From positions 17,734,001-17,798,000 of the forward strand of contig CM075987.1 of NCBI GenBank assembly GCA_038087875.1: a stretch of DNA of 64,000 nucleotides, read 5' to 3'. The notes beneath the pieces were generated by a model that was given only the letters and a program-made list of their open reading frames with translations, searched no databases and was not told where the DNA came from. Of this stretch, positions 44,101 through 57,400 are shown one piece after another. The number at the start of each line of letters is the position of its first letter. Positions within the stretch are counted from its first letter, which is position 1. The position numbers and the translations under genes were made by a program. This DNA comes from Malacoraja senta (lineage: Eukaryota).

Positions 44101-47100
44101 TACCCAAAACCCCCAAAACAACAATTTGCAGTGACTTTTTACTTAAACCCAAAACCCCCCAAACAACCATTTGCAGTGCCTTTTTATTTCAACCCAAACC
44201 CCCCCAAACAACCATTTGCAGTGCCTTTTTACTTCAACCCAAAACCGCCCAACCAACCATTTGCAGTGCCTTTTTACTTCAACCCGAAACTCCCCCAAAC
44301 AACCAGTTGCAGTGCTTTTTACTTCAACCCAAAACCCCCCCAAACAACCATTTGCAGTGCCTTTTTACTTCAACCCAAAACCCCCCAAACAGCCATTTGC
44401 AGTGCCTTTTTACTTCAACGCAATACCCCCCAAACAACCATTTGCAGTGCCTTTTTACTTCAACCCAAACAACCATTTGCAGTGCCTTTTTACTTCAACC
44501 CCAAAACCCCCAAACAACCATTTGCAGTGCCTTTTTACTTCAACCACCCCAAAAAAAACAATTATTTGCAGTGCCTTTTTACTTCAACCCAAAAAAAAAC
44601 CTAAAACCATTTGCAGTGCCTTTTTACTTCAACCCAAAACCCCCAAAACAACAATTTGCAGTGACTTTTTACTTCAACCCAAACCCCCCCAAACAACCAT
44701 TTGCAGTGCCTTTTTATTTCAACCCAAAGCATTCAAACAACCATTTGCAGTGCCTTTTACTTCAACCCAAAAACCCCAAGCAACCATCTGCAGTGCATTT
44801 TCACTTCAACCCAAAACCCCAAGCATCCATCTGCAGTGCCTTTTCAGTTCAACCCAAAACACCCCAAACAACCATTTGCAGTGCCTTTTTACTTCAACCC
44901 CAAAACCCCCAAACAACCATTTGCAGTGCCTTTTTTAATTCAACCTAAATCCCCCCAAACAACCATTTGCAGTGCCTTTTTACTTCAAACCAAAACCCCC
45001 AAAACAACCATTTGCAGTGACTTTTATTTCAACCCAAAAACCCCCAAACAAGCATTTGCAGTGCATTTTTACTTCAACCCAAACAACCATTTGCAGTGCC
45101 TTTTTACTTCAATCCAAAAAAACCCAAACAACCATTTACAGTGCCTTTTTACTTCAACCCCCCCAAAAACCAAACAATCATTTGCAGTGCCTTTTTACTT
45201 CAACCCAAAAAAACCCTAAAACCATTTGCAGTGCCTTTTTACTTCAACCCAAAACCCCCCAAACAACCATTTGCAGTTCCTTTTTACTTCAACCCCAAAA
45301 CCCCCAAACACCCATTTGCAGTGCCTTTTTACTTCAACCCAAAACCGCCCAAACAACCATTTGCAGTGCCTTTTTACTTCAACCCAAAACCCCCCAAACA
45401 ACAATTTGCAGTGCCTTTTTAGTTCAACCCAAACCTCCGCAAAAAAACATTTCCTGTGCATTTTTACTTCAACCCTAAACCCCCCCAAACAACCATTTGC
45501 AGTGCCTTTTTACTTCAACCCAAACCTCCCCAAAAAAACATTTCCAGTGCATTTTTACTTCAACCCTAAACCCCCCAAACAACCATTTGCAGTGCCTTTT
45601 ACTTCAACCCAAAACCTCCAAGCAACCATTTGCAGTGCCTTTTTATTTCAACCCAAAACCCCCCAAACAACCATTTGCAGTGCCTTTTTACTTCAACCCA
45701 AACAACCATTTGCAGTGCCTTTTTACTTCAACCCAAAAAACCCCAAACAACCATTTACAGTGCCGTTTTACTTCAAACCCCAAAAAACCAAACAATCATT
45801 TGCAGTGCCTTTTTACTTCAACCCAAAAAAAAACCTAAAACCATTTGCAGTGCCTTTTTACTTCAACCCAAAACATCCCAAACAACCATTTGCTGTGCCT
45901 TTTTACTTCAACCCAAAACCCCCAAAACAACAATTTGCAGTGACTTTTTACTTCAATCCAAAAACCCCCAAACAACCATTTGCAGTGCCTTTTTACTTCA
46001 ACCCCAAAAAAACCAAACACACATTTGCAGTGCCTTTATACTTCAACCTAAACCCCCCAAACAACCATTTGAAGTGCCTTTTTATTTCAACCCAAACCAC
46101 TCAAATAACCATTTGCAATGCCTTTTTTACTTCAACCCAAAACCCTCAAACAACCATTTGCAGTGCCTTTTACTTCAACCCAAAAACCCCGAGCAACCAT
46201 CTGCAGTGCATTTTCACTTCAACCCAAAACCCCCAAACAACCATTTGCAGTGCCTTTTTACTTCAACCCAAAAAAACCAAACAACCATTTGCAGTGCCTT
46301 TTTACTTCAACCCAAACCCCCCAAATAACAATTTGCAGTGCCTTTTTACTTCAACTTAAAAACCTCCAAACAACCATTTGCTGTGCCTTTTACTTCAACC
46401 CAAAACCTCCAAGCAACCATTTGCAGTGCCTTTTTACTTCAACCCAAAACCCCCCCAACAACCATTTGCAGTGCCTTTTTACTTCAACCCAAAACCCCCA
46501 AACAGCCATTTGCAGTGCCTTTTTACTTCAACGCAATACCCCCCAAACAACCATTTGCAGTGCTTTTTGACTTCAACCCCAAATCCCCCCAAACAACCAT
46601 GTGCAGTGCCTTTTTACTTCAACCCAAACCCCCCCCAAACAACCATTTTCAGTGCCTTTTTACTTCAACCCCCACAAAACCAAAACCATTTGCAGTGCCT
46701 TTTTACTTCAACCCCAAAGCCCCCCAAACAACCAGTTGGAGTGCTTTTTACTTCAACCCAAAACTCCCCCAAACAACCATTTGCAGTGCCTTTTTTAATT
46801 CAACCTAAATCCCCCCAAACAACAATTTGTAGTGCCTTTTTACTTCAAACCAAACCCCCAAAACAACCATTTGCAGTGACTTTTATTTCAACCCAAAAAA
46901 CCCCAAACAAGCATTTGCAGTGCATTTTTACTTCAACCCAAACAACCATTTGCAGTGCCTTTTTACTTCAATCCAAAAAAAACCAAACAACCATTTACAG
47001 TGCCTTTTTCCTTCAACCCCCCAAAAAACCAAACAATCATTTGCAGTGCCTTTTTACTTCAACCCAAAAAAACTCTAAAACCATTTGCAGTGCCTTTTTA

Positions 47101-50100
47101 CTTCAACCCAAAACCCCCCAAACAACCATTTGCAGTTCCTTTTTACTTCAACCCCAAAACCCCCAAACACCCATTTGCAGTGCCTTTTTACTTCAACCCA
47201 AAACCGCCCAAACAACCATTTGCAGTGCCTTTTTACTTAAACCCAAAACCCCCCAAACAACAATTTGCAGTGCCTTTTTAGTTCAACCCAAACCTCCGCA
47301 AAAAAACATTTCCTGTGCATTTTTACTTCAACCCTAAACCCCCCAAGCAACCATTTGCAGTGCATTTTTACTTCAACCCAAACCTCCCCAAAAAAACATT
47401 TCCAGTGCATTTGTACTTCAACCCTAAACCCCCCAAACAACCATTTGCAGTGCCTTTTTACTTCAACCCAAAACCTCCAAGCAACCATTTGCAGTGCCTT
47501 TTTATTCCAACCCAAAACCCCCCAAACAACCATTTGCAGTGCCTTTTTACTTCAACCCAAACAACCATTTGCAGTGCCTTTTTACTTCACCCCAAAAAAC
47601 CCCAAACAACCATTTACAGTGCCTTTTACTTCAACCCCCCCAAAAACCAAACAATCATTTGCAGTGCATTTTCACTTCAACCCAAAACCCCCAACAACCA
47701 TTTGCAGTGCCTTTTTACTTCAACCCAAAAAAAAACAAACACACATTTGCAGTGCCTTTATACTTCAACCTAAACCCCCCAAACAACCATTTGAAGTGCC
47801 TTTTTATTTCAACCCAAACCACTCAAATAACCATTTGCAATGCCTTTTTACTTCAACCCAAAACCCTCAAACAACCATTTGCAGTGCCTTTTACTTCAAC
47901 CCAAAAACCCCGAGCAACCATCTGCAGTGCATTTTCACTTCAACCCAAAACCCCCAAACAACCATTTGCAGTGCCTTTTTACTTCAACCCAAAAAAACCC
48001 AAACAACCATTTGCAGTGCCTTTTTACTTCAACCCAAACCCCCCAAATAACAATTTGCAGTGCCTTTTTACTTCAACTTAAAAACCTCCAAACAACCATT
48101 TGCTGTGCCTTTTACTTCAACCCAAAACCTCCAAGCAACCATTTGCAGTGCCTTTTTACTTCAACCCAAAACCCCCCCAACAACCATTTGCAGTGCCTTT
48201 TTACTTCAACCCAAAACCCCCCAAACAGCCATTTGCAGTGCCTTTTTACTTCAATGCAATACCCCCCAAACAACCATTTGCAGTGCTTTTTGACTTCAAC
48301 CCCAAATCCCCCCAAACAACCATGTGCAGTGCCTTTTTACTTCAACCCAAACCCCCCCCCCCAAACAACCATTTTCAGTGCCTTTTTACTTCAACCCCCA
48401 CAAAACCAAAACCATTTGCAGTGCCTTTTTACTTCAACGCCAAAGCCCCCCAAACAACCAGTTGGAGTGCTTTTTACTTCAACCCAAAACTCCCCCAAAC
48501 AACCATTTGCAGTGCCTTTTTTAATTCAACCTAAATCCCCCCAAACAACCATTTGCAGTGCCTTTTTACTTCAAACCAAAACCCCCAAAACAACCATTTG
48601 CAGTTACTTTTATTTCAACCCAAAAACCCCCAAACAAGCATTTGCAGTGCATTTTTACTTCAACCCAAACAACCATTTGCAGTGCCTTTTTACTTCAATC
48701 CAAAAAAACCCAAACAACCATTTACAGCGCCTTTTTACTTCAACCCCCCAAAAAAACAAACAATCATTTGCAGTGCCTTTTTACTTCAACCCAAAAAAAC
48801 CCTAAAACCATTTGCAGTGCCTTTTGACTTCAACCCAAAACCCCCAAACAACCATTTGCAGTTCCTTTTTACTTCAACCCCAAAACCCCCAAACACCCAT
48901 TTGCAGTGCCTTTTTACTTCAACCCAAAACCCCCCAAACAACCATTTGCAGTTCCTTTTTACTTCAACCCCAAAACCCCCAAACAACCATTTGCAGTGCC
49001 TTTTTACTTCAACCCAAAAAAACCAAACAACCATTTGCAGTGCCTTTTTACTTCAACCCCAAAACCCCCAAACAACAATTTGCAGTGCCTTTTTACGTCA
49101 ACCCAAACCTCCCCAAAAAAACATTTCCAGTGCATTTTTACTTCAACCCTAAACCCCCCAAACAACCATTTGCAGTGCCTTTTTACTTCAACCCAAACCC
49201 CCCAAATAACTATTTGCAGTGCCTTTTTACTTCAACCCAAACCTCCCCAAAAAAACATTTCCAGTGCATTTTAACTTCAACCGTAAACCCCCCAAACAAC
49301 CATTTGCAGTGCCTTTTACTTCAACCCAAAACCTCCAAGCAACCATCTGCAGTGCATTTTCACTTCAACCCAAACCCCCCCAAATAACCATTTGCAGTGC
49401 CTTTTTACTTCAACCCAAAACCCCCAAACAACCATTTGCAGTGTCTTTTTACTTCAACCCAAAACCCCCCAAACAGCCATTTGCAGTGCCTTTTTACTTC
49501 AACGCAATACCCCCCAAACAACCATTTGCAGTGCCTTTTTACTTCAACCCCAAATCCCCCCAAACAACCATTTGCAGTGCCTTTTTGCTTCAACCCAAAC
49601 CCCCCCCCCCAAACCACCATTTTCAGTGCCTTTTTACTTCAACCCCAAAAAAACCAAAATCATTTGCAGTGCCTTTTTACTTCAACCCCAAACCCCCCCA
49701 ATCAACCAGTTGCAGTGCTTTTTACTTCAACCCAAAACTCCCCCAAACAACCATTTGCAGTGCCTTTTTTAATTCAACCTAAATCCCCCCAAACAACCAT
49801 TTGCAGTGCCTTTTTACTTCAAACCAAAACCCCCAAAACAACAATTTGCAGTGACTTTTTCCTTCAACCCAAAACCCCCCAAACAACCATTTGCAGTGCC
49901 TTTTTATTACAACCCAAACCCCCCAAACAACCATTTGCAGTGCCTTTTTACTTCAACCCAAACAACCATTTGCAGTGCCTTTTTACTTCAACCCAAAAAA
50001 AACCAAACAACCATTTACAGTGCCTTTTTACTTCAACCCCCAAAAAAACCAAACAATCATTTGCAGTGCCTTTTTACTTCAACCCAAAAAAAAACTAAAG

Positions 50101-50331
50101 CCATTTGCAGTGCCTTTTTACTTAAACCCAAAACCCCCCAAACAACCATTTGCAGTTCCTTTTTACTTCAACCCCAAAACCCCCAAACAACCATTTGCAG
50201 TGCCTTTTTACTTCAACCCAAAAAAAACCAAACAAACATTTGCAGTGCCTTTATACTTCAACCTAAACCCCCCAAACAACCATTTGAAGTGCCTTTTTAT
50301 TTCAACCCAAACCACTCGAACAACCATTTGC
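41143..50331 (+). repeat. 45-bp satellite, block 2 of copy 2 (about 1.4 kb longer than in copy 1)
   Basis: 9189 bp versus 7766 bp between the same two LINE anchors. Confidence 0.97.
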
Positions 50332-53300
50332 CGCTGATTGGTGGAAGAGGACCAAGAGAAAGCAGCTGATTGGTGGAAGAGGACAAAGAGAAAGCAGCTG
50401 ATTGGGAGTCAGATCCCTGCTGATTTCCTCCACCAGTTTTGTATTGTATCCAGGGTAAGGGGGGAGAATGAGGGCCAGGGCAGTTTACTGTTCTGGATGT
50501 CAGATGTGGGAGGTCATGGAGTCTGATACCCTCTAGACGTTCACATCTGTGTCAGGTGCGTAGAGATGGGGTTCCTAAGGGACCGTGTTAGTAACCTGGA
50601 GCAGCAGCTCGATGACCTCTGTCTGATCAGGGAGACTGAGGAGGTCATAGAAAAGAGTTATAAGGAGGTGGCCACTCCAAGACCACGGGAGGCAGACAAG
50701 TGGGTCACGGTTAGGAAGGGCAAGGGGCAGAGGCAGGGATTAGTGAGGCAGGGACTAGGGTGTACAGCCACCCCGGTGGCTGTACACCTTGAAAATAAGT
50801 ACTCCTGTTTGAGTACTGTTGAGGGGGACAGCCTTCCTGCGGGTAGCAACAGCGGCCAGGCCTCCGGCACAGAGACCAGCCCTATTGCTCAGAAGGGTAG
50901 GGAAAAGAAGAGGAGGGCAATAGTAATAGGGGACTCTATGGTTAGGGGGTCGGATAGGCGATTCTGTGGACGCAGTCAGGAGACCCGGATGGTAGTTTGC
51001 CTCCCTGGTGCCAGGGTCAGGGATGTGTCTGAACGCGTCCAAGATCCTGAAATCGGAGGGAGAGGAGCCTGAGGTTGTGGTACACATAGGTACCAATGAC
51101 ATAGGTAGAAAAAGTGAAGAGGTCTTGAAAGGAGAATTTAGGGAGTTGGGAGGAGAGTTAAGGAGAAGGACTACAAAGGTAACAATCTCAGGATTACTAC
51201 CTGTGCCACGCGACGGTGAGAGTAGGAATGGAGTGAGGTGGAGGATAAATGCGTGGCTGAGGAACTGGTGCAGCGGGCAGGGATTCAAATTTCTGGATCA
51301 TTGGGACCTCTTTTGGGGAAGGTGTGACCTGTACAGAAAGGACGGGTTGCACTTGAACCCGAGGGGGACCAATATCCTGGCGGGGAGATTTGCAAAGGCT
51401 ACTGGGGAGACTTTAAACTAGAACGGTTGGGGGGAGGGACTCAAATAGAGAAAGCTAGTGGAAAATGTGGGAAGCAGGAGGCAGAGAAGGGAAGCACTCG
51501 GACCCAAAATGTAGGGGAGAAAGAAGAAAAAGATAATAAACAGAGAATAAGTGGTGGTGGGTTTCTTAAATGTGTATATTTTAATGCTAGGAGCATTGTA
51601 AGAAAGGTGGATGAGCTTAGAGCCTGGATTGACACCTGGAAGTATGATGTTGTGGCGATCAGTGAAACATGGTTGCAGGAGGGCTGTGATTGGCAAATAA
51701 ATATTCCTGGATTTCGTTGCTTCAGGGGTGATAGATTTGGAGGGGCAAGAGGTGGGGGTGTTGCATTGCTTGTCAAGGAAGATATTACAGCAGTGCTTTG
51801 GCAGGATAGATTAGAGGGCTCGTCTAGGGAGGCTATTTGGGTGGAACTGAGAAATGGGAAAGGTGTAGCAACACTTATAGGGCTGTATTATAGACCGCCA
51901 AATGGGGAGCGAGAATTGGAAGAGCAAATATGTAAGGAGATAGCAGATATTACTAGTAAGCACAAGGTAGTGATTGTGGGAGATTTCAATTTTCCACACA
52001 TAGACTGGGAAACACATTCTGTAAAAGGGCTGGATGGTTTGGAGTTTGTAAAATGTGTGCAAGATAGTTTTTTGCAGCAATACATAGAGGTACCTACTAG
52101 AGAAGGGGCAGTGCTGGACCTCCTGTTAGGAAATGAGACAGGGCAGGTGGCGGAGGTATGCGTCGGGGAGCACTTCGGGTCCAGTGATCACAATACCATT
52201 AGTTTCAATATAATTATGGAGAGGGTCAGAACTGGACCTAGGGTTGAGATTTTTGTTTGGAGAAAGGCTAACTTTGAGGAGATGCGAAAGGATTTAAAAG
52301 GAGTGAATTGGGACATGTTGTTTTATGGGAAGGATGTAGAAGAAAAATGGACGACATTTAAGGGTGAAATTTTAAGAGTACAGAATCTTTATGTCCCTGT
52401 TCGGTTGAAAGGAAATAGTAAAAAATGGAAAGAGCCATGGTTTTCAAGGGAAATTGGACACGGTTCGGAAAAAGAGAGAGATCTACAATAATTATAGGCA
52501 GCATGGAGTAAATGAGGTGCTTGAAGAGTATAAAGAATGTAAAAAGAATATTAAGAAAGAAATTAGAAAAGCTAAAAGAAGATATGAGGTTGCTTTGGCA
52601 AGTAAGGTGAAAGTAAATCCAAAGGGTTTCTACAGCTATATTAATAGCAAAAGGATAACAAGGAATAAAATTGGTCCATTAGAGAGTCAGAGTGGACAGC
52701 TATCTGCAGAGCCAAAAGAGATGGGGGAGATATTGAACAATTTCTTTTCTTCGGTATTCACGAAGGAGAAGGATATGGAATTATGTGAGGTAAGGGAAAG
52801 AAGCAGAGTAGCAATGGAAACTGTGAGATTCAAAGAAGAGGAGGTGCGGACACTTTTGAAAAATATGAAAACGGATAAGTCTCCAGGTCCTGACAGGATA
52901 TTCCCTAGGACATTGAGGGAAGTTAGTGTAGAAATAGCAGGGGCTATGACAGAAATATTTCAAATGTCATTAGAAACGGGAATAGTGCCGTAGGATTGGC
53001 GTACTGCGCATGTTGTTCCGTTGTTTAAAAAGGGTTCGAAGAGTAAACCTAGCAATTATAGACCTGTTAGTTTGACGTGGAAAATTAATGGAAAGGATAC
53101 TTAAAGATAATATATATAAGCATCTGGATAAGCAGGGTCTGATTAGGAACAGTCAACATGGATTTGTGCCTGGAAGGTCATGCTTGACTAATCTTCTTGA
53201 ATTTTTCGAAGAGGTTACTAGGGAAATTGATGAGGGTAAAGCAGTGGATGTTGTCTATATGGACTTCAGTAAGGCCTTTGACAAGGTTCCTCATGGAAGG

Positions 53301-54478
53301 TTGGTTAAGAAGATTCAACTGTTGGGTATTAATGGTGGAGTAGCAAGATGGATTCAACAGTGGCTGAATGGGAGATGCCAGAGAGTAATGGTGGATGGCT
53401 GTTTGTCAGGTTGGAGGCCGGTGACTAGTGGGGTGCCTCAGGGGTCTGTGTTGGGTCCACTGTTGTTTGTCATGTACATCAATGATCTGGATGATGGTGT
53501 GGAAAATTGGATTAGTAAGTATGCAGATGATACTAAGATAGGTGGTGTTGTGGATAATGAAGTAGATTTTCAAAGTCTACAGAGAGATTTAGGCCATTTG
53601 GAAGAGTGGGCTGAAAGATGGCAGATGGAGTTTAATGCTGACAAATGTGAGGTGCTACATATCGGCAGGACAAATCAAAATAGGACGTACACGGTAAATG
53701 GTAGCGAATTGAGGAATGCAGTTGAACAGAGGGATCTAGGAATAACTGTGCATAGTTTCCTGAAGGTGGAATCTCATGTAGATAGGGTGGTAAAGAAAGC
53801 TTTTGGTGTGCTGGCCTTTATAAATCAGAGCATTGAATATAGAAGTTGGGATGTAATGTTAAAATTGTACAAGGCATTGGTGAGGCCAATTCTGGAGTAT
53901 GGAGTACAATTTTGGTCGCCTAATTATAGGAAGGATGTCAACAAAATAGAGAGAGTACAGAGGAGATTTACTAGAATGTTGCCTGGGTTTCAGCAACTAA
54001 GTTACAGAGAAAGGTTGAACAAGTTAGGTCTTTATTCTTTGGAGCGCAGAAGGTTAAGAGGGGACTTGATAGAGGTCTTTAAAATTATGAGCGGGTTAGA
54101 CAGAGTGGACGTGGATAAGCTTTTCCCATTGAGAGTAGGGAAGATTCAAACAAGGGGACATGACTTGAGAATTAAGGGACAGAAGTTTAGGGGGAACATT
54201 AGGGGGAACTTCTTTACTCAGAGAGTGGTAGCTGTGTGGAATGAGCTTCCAGTGGAAGTGGTGGAGGCAGGTTCGATGTTATCCTTTAAAAATAGATTGG
54301 ATGGGTATATGGACGGGAAAGGAATGGAGGGTTATGGTCTGAGTGCAGGTAGATGGGACTAGGGGGAAGTATTTATTTTTAATTTAAAAAAAAAAAAAAA
54401 TTTTAATGTTCGGCACGGACTTGAAGGGCCGAGATGGCCTGTTTCCGTGCTGTTATGGTTATATGGTTATATGGTTAT
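50332..54478 (+). mobile_element. Near full-length CR1 LINE, second copy
   Basis: Same junctions and disabling lesions as 27698-31851; 7-bp deletion near 53078 and a few substitutions. Confidence 0.96.
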
Positions 54479-57400
54479 AATGCCTTTTTACTTCAACCCA
54501 AAACGCTGAAACAACCATTTGCAGTGCCTTTTACTTCAACCCAAAAACCCCGAGCAACCATCTGCAGTGCATTTTCACTTCAACCCAAAACCCCCAAACA
54601 ACCATTTGCAGTGCCTTTTTACTTCAACCCAAAAAAACCCAAACAACCATTTGCAGTGCCTTTTTACTTCAACCCAAGCCCCCCAAATAACAATTTGCAG
54701 TGCCTTTTTACTTCAACTTAAAAAACCCCAAACAACCATTTGCAGTGCCTTTTACTTCAACCCAAAACCTCCAAGCAACCATTTGCAGTGCCTTTTTACT
54801 TCAACCCAAAGCCCCCCCAAAAAACCATTTCCAGTGCATTTTTACTTCAACCCTAAACCCCCCAAACAACCATTTGCAGTGCCTTTTTACTTCAACCCAA
54901 ATCCCCCCAAACAACCATTTGCAGTGCCTTTTTACTTCAACCCCAAAAAAAACCAAACATCCATTTGCAGTGCCTTTTTACTTCATCCCAAACTCCCCAA
55001 ACAACCATTTGCATTGCCTATTTACTTTAACCCAAAACCTCCCCAAACAACCATTTGCAGTGCCTTTTTACTTCAACCCAAACCCCCCAAACAACCATTT
55101 GCAGTGCCTTTCTACTTCTACCCAAAAACCCCAAATAACCATTTGCAGTGCCTTTTTACTTCAACCCAAAACCCCCACACAACCATTTGCAGTGTCTTTT
55201 TACTTCAACCCAAAACCCCCCAAACAATCATTTGCAGTGCCTTACTTCAACCCAATAAACCCCAAACAACAATTTGCAGTGCCTTTTTACTTCAACCCCA
55301 AATCCCCCCAAACAACCATTTGCAGTGCCTTTTTACTTCAACCCAAAACCCCCCAAACAACCATTTGCAGTTCCTTTTTACTTCAACCCCAAAACCCCCA
55401 AACAACCATTTGCAGTGCCTTTTTACTTCAACCCAAAAAACCCCAAACAACCATTTGCAATGCCTTTTTACTTCAACCCAAACCCCCCAAATAACTATTT
55501 GCAGTGCCATTTTACTTCAACTTAAACCCCCCAAACAACCATTTGCAGTGCCTTTTACTTCAACCCAAAACCCCCAAGCAACCATCTGCAGTGCATTTTC
55601 ACTTCAACCCAAAACCCCCAAGCATCGATCTGCAGTGCCTTTTCACTTCAACCCAAAACACCCCAAACAACCATTTGCAGTGCCTTTTTACTTCAACCCA
55701 AAAACCCCCAAACAACCATTTGCAGTTCCTTTTTACTTCAACCCCAAAACCCCCAAACAACCATTTGCAGTGCCTTTTTACTTCAAACCAAAAAAAAACA
55801 AATAACCATTTGCAGCGCCTTTTTACTTCAACACAAAAAAACCCAAATAACCATTTGCAGTGCCTTTTTACTTCAACCCAAAACCCCCCAAACAACCATT
55901 TGCAGTGCCTTTTTACTTGAACCCCCCCAAAAAAAAAAACATTTGCAGTGCCTTTTTACTTCAAACCAAAAGCCCCCAAACAACCATTTGCAGTGCCTTT
56001 TTACATCAACCCAAAACCCCCCAAACAACAATTTGCAGTGCCTTTCTACTTCAACCCAAACCCCCCCAAACAACCATTTGCAGTGCCTTTTTACTTCAAA
56101 GCAAAACCCCCCAAACAAACATTTGCAGTGCCTTTTTACTTCAACCCAAAACCCCGCAAACAACCATTTGCAGTGCCTTTTTACTTCAACCCCAAACGCC
56201 CCAAACAAACATTTGCAGTGCCTTTTTACTTCAACCCTAAACCCCCAAACAACCATTTGCGGTGCCATTTTACTTCAACCCAAACCCCCCCAAACAAACA
56301 TTTGCAGTGCCTTTTTACTTCAACCCAAAACCTCACAAACAGCCATTTGCAGGGCCTTTTTACTTCAACCTAAACCCCCAAGCAACCATCTGCAGTGCAT
56401 TTTCACTTCAACCCAAAACCCCCAAGCATCCATCTGCAGTGCATTTTCACTTCAACCCAAACCCCCCCAAACAACAATTTGCAGTGCCTTTTTACTTCAA
56501 CCCAAACCTCCCCAAAAAACATTCCAGTGCATTTTTACTTCAACCCTAAACCCCCCCAAACAACCATTTTCAGTGCCTTTTTACTTCAACCCCAAAAAAA
56601 ATAAACCATTTGCAGTGCCTTTTTACTTCATCCCCAAACCCCCTCAAACAACCAGTTGCAGTGCTTTTTACTTCAACCCAAAACTACCCCAAACAACCAT
56701 TTGCAGTGCCTTTTTTAATTCAACCTAAATCCCCCCAAACAACCATTTGCAGTGCCTTTTTACTTCAAACCAAAACCCCCAAAACAACAATTTGCAGTGC
56801 CTTTTTACTTCAACCCAAACCCCCCAAACAACCATTTGCAGTGCCTTTTTACTTCAACCCAAACAACCATTTGCAGTGCCTTTTTACTTCAACCCAAAAC
56901 AAACCAGACAACCATTTACAGTGCCTTTTTACTTCAACCCCCCCAAAAAACCAAACAATCATTTGCAGTGCCTTTTTACTTCAACCCAAAAAAAACCTAA
57001 AACCATTTGCAGTGCCTTTTTACTTCAACCCAAAACACCCAAAACAAACATTTGCAGTGCCTTTATACTTCAACCTAAACACCCCAAACAACCATTTGAA
57101 GTGCCTTTATATTTCAACCCAAACCACTCAAACAACCATTTGCAATGCCTTTTTACTTCAACCCAAAACGCTCAAACAGCCATTTGCAGGGCCTTTTTAC
57201 TTCAACCTAAACCCCCAAGCAACCATCTGCAGTGCATTTTCACTTCAACCCAAAACCCCCAAGCATCCATCTGCAGTGCATTTTCACTTCAACCCAAACC
57301 CCCCCAAACAACAATTTGCAGTGCCTTTTTACTTCAACCCAAACCTCCCCAAAAAAACATTCCAGTGCATTTTTACTTCAACCCTAAACCCCCCCAAACA